Origin: Trypethelium eluteriae
Lineage: Eukaryota
NCBI GenBank assembly: GCA_051942245.1
Contig: JAVECL010000104.1
Location: forward strand, 1 to 53,076
Length of the DNA stretch: 53,076 nucleotides
Direction of reading: 5' to 3'
Shown here in pieces: positions 1 to 12,239 of the stretch (position 1 is its first letter; every line of letters starts with the position of its first letter). Under the pieces are notes generated by a model that saw only the letters and a program-made list of their open reading frames with translations, did not search any database and was not told the origin of the DNA. The position numbers were made by a program, and so were the translations under genes.

Positions 1-1812
1 GGGGAGGTTGCTGAGGGGTGGTACGTTAGCGACTGTGGATCGGAATGGGGGAAGGGGGAAGATGGCGTACTTTTGTCTTTGTCGTTTTTCTCGTTGGGCT
101 CGTAGATGATGGTGCTGTGTTCGAGGCTGCGGAGGTCGAACATTCGAACACTGCCGTCGGCGCCGCAGCTCACGAAGACGTCGACGCTGCCGGCACAGAA
201 ACGGACATCAAATACCTCTCTATCATGGGCGATGAGCTGTGTCTTCGCGGTGAGAGTAGGTATGTCCCATATTGTGCATGTCGTGTCGATGCTTGATGTA
301 ATGATAAGCTTTGGTGACAATGTATTCCAATCAAGAGAAGTCAATGGAGCGGTATGTTCAGGGCTTTTCGAGTTAGAGAGGAGAGCAAGCGGTTGCAGCT
401 TTTGTAGTTGAGAGTCGCGGTTGCTTTGCGGTCGCGTGATGGTATTGCTGGCAGATGATGGAGTTGAAGATGGAAGAGACCATAGGCGAAGATGGTCTCC
501 AGACGTTGCGAGAAGGTCTGTAGATGCCTTTGAAGTAGATGGTGGTTCCCATAATATGCGCGTCACGGGATATGCGCACGTTGCTTCAGCGACTTTCACA
601 AAGTCCATGCCATATTGAGGAGTGCCTGGTTGCGCGATCTCTTGAGGTGCCACTTGCGTGTCAAGGATTTGTATCTAATACCAATTCATGTGTTAGTTTT
701 CGTTACGCGGCCTCCAATTTATCCTATATCCCCAACCCCTCACCCTTATCAGGCGGAATAATTGACGGTGAACTCACAAAATTATGCTGGTCTTCCAAGT
801 AACTCCCTACAGCCATTTTACCAGCGCCGTGCCCTCCATGTATGTTCCACTTGCACCAATCGAATGCGTAAATGGGCCAGGGTGCCAGATAATTGCTATT
901 TCCGGCGGGTCGGTTGAAATCCTCACTCGGTGCTGTTGTAGGCCCTAAAGCGTCTTCACCTAATGTTGCCGCGATTTGCGGCCGTATATCTGCTAATCCT
1001 AGTGGTGAATTTGACGCAGCTCCTGATGGAGTTTGTGGGTAATATCTTTGCCCAGGGGTGGCAGGAGGATATCTAGAAGAGGAAGTGTCAGGTGTTGCGG
1101 CAGACACAGCCTGGTATTTTTGTTCAAGACCCGCTGGGCTTGACCTCGAGTATCCATGCGAGGATACGGTGGTGGATCTCGCTAGATTGGAACTATTCTG
1201 AGTATTCGTATTGACATTCAACTGGGGCATGGTAGGAACGGTGGTAGGAGCTGTCGCAAACGAAGCGGCAACGGGTCTACTCGAGGCCCCCGGTTGCAGC
1301 GCTCCAGGTACGGCAGTATGTTGAGAGGGCGAATAGTGAGAAGTCTGTGAGGTCGACTGTGAAGGGACAAAGTTCGGTGGGGGGCCGGCGAAATTGTTTT
1401 GAGCGTGGTATAAATGGGACATCTGTGGAGGTTGAGAGGCTACGCCTTGATTTCCTGCCGGTATGTGCAACTCCTCGTCCTCTCTATTCAGTGCGAGTTG
1501 CCGTTTCGGTGTCGCAAAGGGCTGGGGATTATAACTGTTGACGGCGGAGGAGGGTGCCGACATTGACGCAGTGATAGAGCTTGGGACAGTATGGCTAGCT
1601 GAGGGAGGATGACTACTGCCATAAACGGCCGAAGAAGAATTTCCCGTGGAGTCGAGCTGGGTATCGGGTGCAGCGGCTGTCTGACCAGTGGCTACTCGCA
1701 GAGCGCCTTGGGGAGCGCCTATTGCGCCTAGTTGTTGGGCGGCGTGATAGATGCCGCTGGCAGCAGAGCCGTGGGGATTAGGGCTGTGATCGTGGTGTCC
1801 ATGGAAGGGCAT
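1..1812 (-). CDS. WD40-repeat protein, DCAF7/WDR68/An11 (yeast Ypl247c) family, with long low-complexity N-terminus; 3' end runs off the window
   Basis: ATG at 1812 (MPFHGHHDH). Exon 1812-778 ends APWPIYAFDWCKW...GSYLEDQHNF. Intron 777-675 (GTGAGT..TAG). Exon 674-71 reads IQILDTQ...YPVTRILWEP...DLLATSGDHLRLW, typical of this family. Further intron 70-11 (GTACGC..CTAAC..CAG). Confidence 0.85.
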
Positions 1813-2138
1813 GGTGCCGCAGCCAGGCTGGGCCCGAGCGACAGAGGGTGGAGGGAGGTAAGGGAGGTTCGGGTCGGATTCGGGGGCAGGATTTGAGAGA
1901 GTAGTCGAGGGTCTGCGTCTGTCTGCATGCAGTTTACTTCCACTTCTACTTCCACTTCCACCTTCATCCCGTCCATTGCATTTCGACGTCACGTGGTCGG
2001 CATTGCCGACAGCGGTACCCCGGCCGCGACTGTCTCATCAGGCCCCATCACTCCTCTCCCTCCCCACCATCCACCTAGCCTCTATAAAGCTGGCCTCGCT
2101 GGCACGAGTCGTTCTCCAATGAACATGAGGTTGCCAAC

Positions 2139-3389
2139 ATGACTTCGTCAGAAGACGCACCTCCCAGTGCGCTGCTTCTGCTCCCTCCGCCGCCCTCTTC
2201 GCCTACATTCACCACCCTCAATGCCGCGTATGGACCGGCACTGAAGACTGCGCTACAAGAGTCTCAGACGCGATCAAGTTCCACTAAGAGGGCGATCATC
2301 TTGGATGTTGCGATCCCGTCTGGCCACGTATTCACGCAGCAACGCGAGCCGAGGTGCGCATTGTATGGCCCCTTGCAGGCCTTAGTATCTGGATTATACA
2401 AGCTTGTCTGTTTCATTGGATCGCAGAATGAGATCAATCTCGAGGATGCAGATGGTGTCGATGTTCGAGTGATTCCCCTCAATTATCCCACCCGCTACAG
2501 TACGGTTGGACTAGAATCCAAGAGTGAAGACTTTGAGGGACCTCTTATCAATATTCAACGACTCGCACTTTCCAGCAGGTCCTGGGAAACACTTTTTGCC
2601 GTTGAGAGCGAGGAGGGTCTTCGCTTTTGTAAAGACTTCCTCGAGGTCGAGGACACTTCCATCAAGGTTCAGCATGTGCAAGGTGGTATAGTTCAGCATG
2701 CGAGCCATGACAGGTTCAATCAACATGAAGGTGCAGATGCAAAAGCTCATTATTCGGTTGCAGTTGGAGGGACCTTTGACCATCTTCATATTGGACACAA
2801 ACTCCTTCTAACTATGACCGCCCTCGCTTGCGAACCGCCTGGTTCTTCTTCCCCCAGGCAGGAGAGGACACTGACCGTTGGTATCACTGGAGATGCGCTG
2901 TTGAAGAACAAGAAGCATGCAGAATATCTAGGGACCTGGAACACCCGAGAAAAGGTAATTACTAGCTTTTTGTTGGGCATACTTGACTTTTGTCCAAAAC
3001 GCCATTCATTACGCGAGAAATTCATCACCACAACTTACAAATCCGTACCTGGACCCAATGGCCACGTTGTGTCCACACGGCTTGCCTCAGGTATTACCAT
3101 TAACTGCACGGAAATCCAAGATCCGTATGGGCCTACCATTACGGACCCCGACATTTCAGCGTTGGTCGTCTCTGCCGAGACCAGGGCAGGGGGGCAGGCT
3201 GTGAACACAAAACGTGCTGAGAAAGGATGGGCTGGGCTGCAGGTGCTTGAGGTCGATGTGTTGGACACGGAGGATGACGAGGGCAGTCGTAGTCTCGAGG
3301 AAAAGGAGGCGGATAGCTTTCGTACGAAGATCAGCAGTACAGAGATACGACGCTTACTGGCAGAAAAGGCTCAGAAAGCGACCCAGTAG
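2139..3389 (+). CDS. cab4: Phosphopantetheine adenylyltransferase (Cab4/CoaD-like cytidylyltransferase)
   Basis: Intronless 416-aa ORF with VAVGGTFDHLHIGHKLLL (HxGH motif), DPYGPT..DPDISALVVSAET and KISSTEIR. Confidence 0.88.
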   Translation: MTSSEDAPPSALLLLPPPPSSPTFTTLNAAYGPALKTALQESQTRSSSTKRAIILDVAIPSGHVFTQQREPRCALYGPLQALVSGLYKLVCFIGSQNEINLEDADGVDVRVIPLNYPTRYSTVGLESKSEDFEGPLINIQRLALSSRSWETLFAVESEEGLRFCKDFLEVEDTSIKVQHVQGGIVQHASHDRFNQHEGADAKAHYSVAVGGTFDHLHIGHKLLLTMTALACEPPGSSSPRQERTLTVGITGDALLKNKKHAEYLGTWNTREKVITSFLLGILDFCPKRHSLREKFITTTYKSVPGPNGHVVSTRLASGITINCTEIQDPYGPTITDPDISALVVSAETRAGGQAVNTKRAEKGWAGLQVLEVDVLDTEDDEGSRSLEEKEADSFRTKISSTEIRRLLAEKAQKATQ

Positions 3390-4193
3390 CGCGCATTGAA
3401 TGCGATATGGGTGCCAGGGGGAGACGGGCAAGATGACTAGCATGCTGCTCCCGATGTTGGTACCAGACTCCCGGTGCAGAGGGCATCGTTAATTGTTACT
3501 GTATGAAGCTACGTTTCGGGGTTCCGTTTTCGTGGCCGGTCTTATTTTCCAATTACTGGCAAAGCCACTCGTTTCTGGAAAGGTCTCTTGGTGTAATGTT
3601 TGGTGGAAAATTAAGTCCAAACATTGGTTTTTCTTGTGTTTGTGTGGTGAAGTGACGTTGCCTTCTTGTTGTTACTGTTCCGACCCATTTCGCGCAATGA
3701 TCCCTTTTCGTGGGCTGCCATGACGTGCATGTACCCAGGCCCCAGGCGCAACCTGAGCTGCTGTCCAGAAATGGCTCCGGTAAAAAAGGTGAGGGTAGGC
3801 ATGGTCGGCGAAGAGGAGCAATCAAGCGCAGCCAAAATAAGCTTTGCCTAGCATCCGCCATCTTGCCCGAAGTGGTCGTCTTGTGCAACGTCACGGGCGG
3901 CCAGGATGGGAGACAGGAACAGGTACTGTACTCCTCCCGTCTCTAGCAGAGATCCGGAGCAGAGAGGGCCGGGATGCGACGAGGAGCGCCCACGTTTTAT
4001 GATTTCTGGGAAGGAGGAATGAAAGGAAGGCAGCATGACGTTTGGCATTCTGCAGCTGACAGGAAACGATCGAGACATGGATGGCATGTGGGAGTACGAT
4101 GGCCAGCTAAAGCAAGACATAACACGAACCTTGGCGGTGCATCACTGCTCTGGCTTTGGCTTTGCGCTTCCACCCGGTTAGGATGGACAGGTC

Positions 4194-4222
4194 ATGGTGG
4201 TAATGGTGGTAATGGTGGTAAT
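4194..4222. repeat. 9-bp tandem repeat (ATGGTGGTA)x3
   Basis: Read directly: atggtggta atggtggta atggtggta at. Confidence 0.9.
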
Positions 4223-5346
4223 ATAGAGCGAGCTCGTCTTCGCCTGCCCGGGAAGCCTTCCCAGGCCCACCCCGGCCGGACCGAGACTGTAATAAAAGTC
4301 CGGGTCGGAGGGTGAGGGGCGGCAGCTGCAACTTGTCGGCTAGCCGCAAGCTGTTCGACAGGTTCGCGAGCGGAGGGGCGAAAGTTGATGCTGTCGTTCG
4401 ACACGCGATGCGCGGTGATTGGAGTCGTCGCGCTGGAATCCTCTTGGACGATATCTGCAAGACCCGAGAGGGTGGCCGCTTGGCGGCAACAGAGAGGCCC
4501 AGCCGTGCGTGAGTGCTGCTGCCATTGGCCTGGGTCTAATACGGAGTGCGTGGGAGTTGCGTGCTCTTCGTCCCTGGTGCCTCGACCTCATCCCTCGAGC
4601 TCGTCCTCCCTCCTTCCTCGCGACGGGCAGCGGGTGCTATATACCCCCTTCGCCTCGCTCCACGGACGGCCGAGCGCACGAGGACGAAGGATGTGCCTCC
4701 GGAGGCCGTGGGCGAAGAGGGATCATTGGGGGACACCGTCGCTGCTTATGCATGCTGGCCAACGCATCGCACCGCTACCACTGCAGCACGCCTGTGCCCG
4801 CCAGAGCCCAGCAGCGCGCAGCAGTACCCAAGCAGCGCCCACCACAGCGCAGCAGAGCCCACCACCGGCTCGTCCCCTCTCCTCTGCCACCCAGCGCGAC
4901 CTTCTCGACGACCGCGCAGGGGCACGCCCTGGCACGGGAACGGGTATCCTCCCGCAGCTTCATCTCCTTCGGTTGCGCTAATGGTCATGTGATGCTGTGG
5001 TGTACGGCCAAACGAGGTGATTTGTCGACTGCAACCCCCCCGTGGCGGTTTAGGATTCATTTTGCATGCGAGATGCTCTGCTGGCTGACTTTCTGCTCAA
5101 CTTATCTACCATCGTGACCCGGCGTCGACGTCAGTCGCTTTCTCCTTCTTTCCCTCCTTCGATGCGCCAATTTCTCCCATCCTTTCGTAGCACCATCAAC
5201 GTCATCAGTAAGAGTTTCCGTCTCATCCTCCTCCTTCATCTCTCCTTGCCCCCCCGGGTCTCTTCCTCTCCTCATCCTCCTCCAAGATTTGCCCTACTGA
5301 ACTGCCGTCCCCAGTCAATGAGACCGCTTACCCCGCTTGACCCGAC

Positions 5347-7047
5347 ATGGCGGCACCCCGAGGGATCCAGAAGCTGTCGAACGAGTTGCTTCGAGAGATT
5401 CTCGATCACATTGAAGCTGATCCGGAGAAGCTCGTGAGTCTTGATCGGAGGGCCTACCTCTCGCAAGAGAGTTTCAGGCCGCCGCCTCCTCCGCAGCCAG
5501 ATCAAGCCCAAGACGTAGGCCACTTCCGACTCACCTGCAAGCGCTTCTCAGAGCTTGGCGCCGTTCACCAGTTCGCGAGAGTCACTACCCGCTTCTCCCG
5601 GAAGGGGTTGAGACGCTTAGACAACATCGCGAGTCAACCGCATCTGGCCCGGCATGTGAAGAAATTCAGTTATATGGTACCCTACTTCTACGTCGAAGGT
5701 CCTGTCTTGACCCGCATCTTCCAGACAGAGGTCGTTTTGACTTAGCTGCTGACACCCATTCAAGGCCGAGAAAGAGTGCGCGAGCTCCTTCCGTCACTTC
5801 CCCACAGTCTGGGCTTTCTCGACGTCGGCCACTTCACCCAAAAAGTCTCGGATCAGAAGGAGATCATAGCCTCTGAACTTGACGCTCAAGTCTTGAACAA
5901 GGCCATCCACGCATTCACCTCACTACAGCACGTGCAAATCTTGCGTGTACAAGACGAGGAAGATTCAGTGCTCCTCAGCTACATTCGTCAGCATGCTGAT
6001 GTCACTCACCTTGTGGAGCTCAAATGGGCCCCCGCGTGTAGTCACTCCACGAGGACCATTGGAGCTGCTCTTCTTGCGACCAAAAGTCCATGCAGCCGCT
6101 TTTCATCTCCAATGCTTTCTCCGCAATCTGCTGTTGTGCTTGCGGAACAGCGACCTCGATCGTTCTCTACACTTGCAGCACAATTTACCTGCTTAGAACT
6201 GCATTTTGATGACTCGAGCACTGACCTCGACTCAAAAATGCGAGAACTAAGCGAACTCTTCAAGACTGTTTTCCAGACGGCGAAAAATATGCAAGCTGTG
6301 CATGTTGGTTTCCCAAGCCATCGACCACTTAGTCTGGGACTGGAAGAGGTCTTCCACCATGTTCACTGGCGAAACCTCCTCGCCTTTGGCATCCAAGGTT
6401 GGCGTCTCCACTCCCACGAGATCATTGGTTTTGCACAAAGGCATTGGGATAAGCTGAAAGGCCTTCGACTTCGAGATGTGCTATTGAAAGAGGGCAGCAA
6501 TTGGAAGGATGTTCTGAGCTTTCTACGAGACGGCATGCCACGACTCGACTGGGTCAGTCTCCGTCGAATTGGCTATGCCAAACACTTCGATGAAATGTAC
6601 GCCGCTTCCGGCGCTGAAGTTCCTGACGATCCCCCGGGAGTCGCGAGCGAGAGCGATGATGAAGGCGGTTGGGACGCTCAAGCTGACGCAGAGGGGAACG
6701 TCGATGGCGACTCTGAAGCTGATGACCACGGAGCGCCTGGACCCGCAAACGGGTACCCTACAATGCATCACATGAACCACGATTCAGAGAGTGATTTCGA
6801 GGAGATTAGCGATTCTGAGGAGGAGCGAGAAAGTGATGATGAACATGGCCCTGCTGCGAATGAAATGGACTTTCCTGTGATGAGCCCCGATACACCCAGT
6901 AGCGTACCCTGGTGCAATTGCAATGGGCAGTCGTATCCCGAGAGTGCGGAAGACCTGGGAGACAACGGTATCTCCGTTACAAACATGCAGCGGAAGGCGT
7001 GGGAAAAGTGGGTGGTGCGCAGGTGTCCAGAGCACAGTGGGAAATGA
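5347..7047 (+). CDS. Conserved fungal F-box-like protein with acidic C-terminal region
   Basis: ORFs 5347-5745 and 5776-7047 join in frame via intron 5699-5764 (GT..CTGAC..AAG). N-terminal IQKLSNELLREILDHI and FRLTCKRFSEL resemble an F-box. LRR-like LKGLRLRDV/LDWVSLRRI segments follow. Confidence 0.75.
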
Positions 7048-7919
7048 GGTTCAAGGAGAACATGGCATACAAGCACCAGCCAGTAAATGGCAAATCACCA
7101 TGACTTAGAGGGCAAGATACGGAACAGGCTACAAGGGCCCAAGGTTGGATCGATGAGTAACAAGAGGGTACTGTGTGACTGGAAATCTTGACCTTCTAAT
7201 ACGAAACATGTATACGAATACTGGTGTGGAGTTTCTCATTTCGCAAAAAAAGTGGTTGAATGTTGGCGTCCAGCGCATATCTATCGTCATGGTTAGGAAG
7301 GACGGCAGCAATATGCACAAGAGAAGGCAAGCGAAATTTGGGATTCTGGGTTCATCTTTACTTTCTGTCTCCGACATTTCTTCAGCATGGTTTACTATGG
7401 CATCTAGCGGCAGCATGCATTAGCGCTTTTCGGCGTCTCTAGCCTATATCCTCTATCCCACCATCTATCATGTTCAAGTTTACATATTGTCAGCGTACAC
7501 GCTTTTCGTTTGTTCCTTCGCCCAGCTCAACGCTATTCATGTTTTTGTGTAAGGGGCAAATCGGTTTCAGATATATGACGTTAGGTAACGACCTCGCACT
7601 CGCCTGCAATTGCACATATGATGTCACGGCGCGACGCAAAAGCTTATTTCTGTACAGCACAAACCCTTGGCGAAGGATCAATAGGCGCATTAGTAACACC
7701 GGTTTCGTGCTAAACTACTTGTTCGCCGCTGTTATACTTTGCGATGGCCCAAAATCTTTGCCCCTAACCAGCGCAATCGCACCTCGCATTATCCGTTCTA
7801 ACACCGCACCAATGCATGAGAAAATGAACCTTCTGAATCAAGCTCAGCCCTTCTGCCACACCTTATTCATCTAGCGTAGCCGATTCCATCTACCTCGATG
7901 AACAAATCGCCTCGAATTC

Positions 7920-10900
7920 TTACTCGTACCTGGGATCATCATCCTCCCCAGCCCCTGGCGTCTCCGCTGCCCATGCCCCCGGGGTCGCACCCAAACCTCC
8001 ACTACCAGGCGTTGGTGCTGCATACGCCCCTGGAGTCGGTGCATTATACCCGCCACTTGCTCCTGGGGTTGGAGCGCTGTACCCACCGCCACTGGCACCA
8101 GGAGTCGGTGCAGTGTAGGCTCCTGGAGTAGGCGCCGAATAACCGCCTGGAGCAGGGGTCGGTGCATCGTATGGTTTGGGTGTGGGTTGCGAGGCAGCAG
8201 CATTGGAGGTGGATGTTGAAGAAGGCGGAGGACCCCAGGAAGGAGTTGGGGCAGACGCGTACGGGGTATGCGCCGGGGTGCGAGAGCCGCTATCGTGATG
8301 AGAGGTTGAAGAATTGGAGGAACCAGCATTCCACGCTGGCGTGCGAGATCCAGAGAAGCCCGCAGACGAGGAATAAGGTGTTTTGGACGAAGCCCATGCT
8401 GACTGGAGATTTCGTTAGCATCTTAGGAAAGATAAAGCGAAAAGAGAAGGGAATTGGTCTCACGTTGCTGGTGTTGCCACCATATGCGGTACGGCTCCCG
8501 TCATATGGATTAACCGTCCGATCTCCTGCCCCAGCACCACCCCACGCAGGTGTCTTTCCGCCCTCGCCTACCCTTCCACCCGCAGCCGGCGTGCGACCAC
8601 CACTTGCCCAACTACCTCCACCACCGCCTCCTCCGCTTCCTCCTCCATTCCATGCAGGCGTCCTTCCTCCCGCCCCATTCCAAGCAGGTGTTCGTCCTCC
8701 ATTTGCAGCGGCCATGGGCGTACGTCCACCATTCCCCTGCCATCCCGACTGAGCACTGGGTGTGCGGCCGCCATAAGGCGTGCGTCCCATATCGCTCGGC
8801 TTACCACGACCGCCGCCGAGTTTCCAACTATCGATGGTTTGTCCCGTAATCGGATCCTTGACCAGTAGAGCTTCCTTGGGTACGTTCACGGTCTTCGATT
8901 TCGTGTGCAGCTCGACACGAGCTTCGGAATCGGTAGTGTCCTTTACGATACCCAAGAGACCCTTGTGCGGGCCTTTGCGAATAGTCACAGTGCGTCCGAG
9001 GAGTTTGTCACGCCCAAAGGTCTTGGGTGGAGGCATCTGCTGTCCGCCATTTTGGGTACCATTGTTGCGCATCGGATTCATCTTTGTGAGGTCAGGGCCG
9101 GCGTTGTTCACGCGACCGCCTTTCGCGGCGACAGTTAGGACGTTAGCGGTACGAACGACGAACACACCGGCATTTTCAGTTTGGGTGCGCGAGAGAGCGA
9201 AGAGGAAATTGCGGTGGATATGAAGGACTTGGCCTTGTTTGCGTTCACCGAAGCCGCCTTGTTCCTTGATAGTATCGTCAACACGGATTTCAGAGCCGTC
9301 ACGGTCAGTAGCAACGGCGTTACGGCGTTTTTCGATTTTGTTGGAGATGTTTGAGGGAAGCAGAGAGCGTACTGAACCAGTTTGGTCAAGCACGCGGAGG
9401 GATTCCCGGTCGACTTTGATGACGCAGGCAACAGTTGCAGCATCAAGTTGAACCAGGTCGTAGAGGTCGTATTTCGATGTTCCGGTAGGACCGCCGGCGT
9501 CAGTAGCTTCTCGAAGATCTTTACTAAAGACGGTAATTTCTTGATTGTTAGAATCTGTCAGCAAAGTAACGCGATCATCTCTGATCTTGACGATCATGCC
9601 GACTTCGTCGTGATACTTGCTCGCTCCGACGACTTTGACGTGATCACCTTCGTTGAACTTCTTCCGTAAACCTTTGACGGGAGCCTCGATGATCTGGCCC
9701 TGGAGATCTCCCTCCGTGACTGTAAGCTTAACAATATCACCGTGAACCGATATCGCCTTGCCGGTCACACCTCGCTGTTCGCCTTGGTAGACTTCCACCA
9801 TGTCTCCAGGGAGATATTCCGCATTTGCTCCAGCAGCCTTCAACGTAGCTGCAAGAGCTGTTAGATCAAGATTCTCTACTCCGTCCTCTTCACGGGCCGC
9901 AAATCGAGTTACCTCCTCCAACGTGGGGTTAACATCTTCTGTGATTAGATGCTGTAGCTTCATATCCTTGATGAGAAAGCCATCAATGTAGGTGTCATTG
10001 ATGTAGGTGAATTGTTTCTTGCCCAAGTGGACGACCTGTTGAAGGAACTTCCCGTGCTTTCTTTTGGCTTCTTGTTCACTGAAGAGCCGTGGGGGAGGTC
10101 TGTTGGCAGCCGGGTTTCCTCCGCCAAATCCTGGGCGCTTGCGTTTCTCAGTGGACGCATTTGCATCTTCGTTCTGGCCGTAATCCAACCGCGGAACCAA
10201 TCTCACGCTGACTTCAAGCCCATTGGTTTCAACATCTTCAACCTGTGCCAGATCTCCTTGGTATTTGCCGCGCTTTATCCTCACGTAGGCTCCAGGCTCA
10301 AGTTGCTTCGATTTGTTGACTCTCAAAAGATCAGGCATCTCACCAATTGGAATGAGGACCATCTTCGTCCGAGGATAGAGGAAGCTAACTCCGTCACATG
10401 CAGTCATCACGTCTGCCTGTTTCTTCGCCTCGACATAAATGTAGCCAGCCATTGTACCTCCACGCTCAAACGCTGCCGTAATCGCGAGAGGCTCCCGAGT
10501 ATTTTGACGATCTTCAATACGCTTCATGATGGCGTACACGATTTCCCTTTCCTTGCCAGGCTTACACCGGACTCCCCAGATAGTAGGATCGTCGACACTG
10601 GGCAACAATAGCCGTTGCGGCATAATTGCGGCATCTGTGGCAGCGGCACGATTACGCCCATATCGTTCTTTAAGTAAAGCGGCCTGCTTCTCAGCATCCA
10701 AACTCGCCTGAAGCTCCCTCTGTCTATCCAGTTCTCTGTGCCTACGGTCATCCTTGTCCGCTCCTGGAGGCAAATCGTTTAAGTCATCCGGATGTGTGTC
10801 CGCAAGGAAGTCTCCGACGGCCTCGCCTTCTTCGTCTTCATCCACGTCTTCATCCTCATCATCAACTTCGGCTTCGACATCGATGAATTGATTTCGTGGA

Positions 10901-11363
10901 TCTCGCTTTCTTCTTTTGCGGCGGTGTCCGCCCTGACTCGCATTAGATAAAGGCACTGGAGAACAAATCCGATGGCAACGAGCAACCATACCTGAACGTC
11001 ATCCTCTTCATCATCGTCGTCTTCATCCTCATCGTCTTCCTCATCCTCATCCTCATCCTCACCACCTCCCGCACCTTCCCCATCTCCATCCCCATCTTCT
11101 TCTCCATCAGCCTCTACATCGCCCTCACCGTTAGTTTTCGCTTTGGATCCAGATCCGTTGACATCTGGCGGCTTGTCGTCATCCTCATCCTCGTATTCTT
11201 CCTCCCGAACAGCCCTGCTGGCCGGCTCCGAGCGAGGCTTTTGTGACGTCTCTTCATCTTCTGGCTTTATGTCCCGTTCGTCATCAGAATCAATGGCTGG
11301 TGCGGGGTTGAAGTCGTCGTCTTCGGATTCCGAGCCGAAATCTTGGTTGGCGAGACTCGCCAT
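7920..11363 (-). CDS. spt5: Transcription elongation factor Spt5 (DSIF large subunit)
   Basis: Exons 11363-10992, 10932-8464 and 8402-7920; introns GTATGG..CAG and GTGAGA..CTAAC..CAG. Acidic N-terminus, NQFIDVEAEV, NGN domain (LLPSVDDPTIWGVRCKPGKEREIV), KOW repeats, C-terminal GRTPAW and APTPG repeats. Stop TAA at 7922-7920. Confidence 0.96.
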
Positions 11364-12239
11364 AGTGAGGTCAGTGTTGTGGAATGCGGTTCAGTAGGAG
11401 GGATAAAGGGAGAGAGCACGGCTTGCTGGAACGAAGGGAGGGGTTGGGAATCTATGAGACCATGGAATCTGCGGTCAGCTGGGCAAGTCAGCCAGCAGAA
11501 GGGCGCAGAGATTTTGAACGAGGCAGTTCTGGCGAAGGAGAAAGATGATGGATTGCTTTCAAACTTAGCCCTTGTCAGAGGGTCCAGGTCGCGAGCTCGG
11601 TGATCGGCAAAACTCTATCTCCGTCAACTAGCAGCCCAGTCATGTGATAGCGCGTGGCTGGCATGATGGCCTGTTGCGGTTATTGGCATCAGATCTGTTT
11701 GCATTGTTGTTTGCTTTCTCCGCCATCTGGGGCCAGTGGCACCTTCCGCTATCTATACCATTGGGCCTCGTACCCTGCATGTACTCACACGGAGTAGCGA
11801 TGCACAAGCACCTCCCTACCTAATGGCGCCATCCGACATATCCCTACTGTCGGTTCATCGCCTGATTGGAAACGGTCCACTGGGCAGGCCCAGCTATCAG
11901 CCTAGTACTCCGTACTGAAGACGCCAACTGCGCCTATCGTCTTCAAGAAGGAGCTTTAGGAAGTTGCAAGTAACAGTGTATGTTCCCGCTGCCAGCCTCG
12001 ATGGAGGATCCATCGGTCGATCTCTCCTCGAGTTCTTATCTTGCGATCGATCTTCGGGTACCTAGGTACGCACGGCATCACCTCTATCGAAGAAACCAGG
12101 CAACATATAATCTAAAACACGCCAGGATCAAGGTTAGTTCCGTTCGTCCTTCTTCACCAGTCTCTACTTCTTCCATTGTCACTCAAACCAATTCGATTTC
12201 CTTGAGTTTTCTTTTCAATTCCCAATTTTGCGCTATATC

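Noticed and set aside
3493..5117. Many overlapping ORFs up to 232 aa (4385-4981, 4419-5117 and others)
   Set aside because: GC-rich, low-complexity, open in several frames on both strands, with no recognisable motif. More likely the promoter and leader of the F-box gene.
8162..11397. Long antisense ORFs over spt5 (likewise over spc105 and kmt6)
   Set aside because: Shadow ORFs expected opposite well-supported coding exons.
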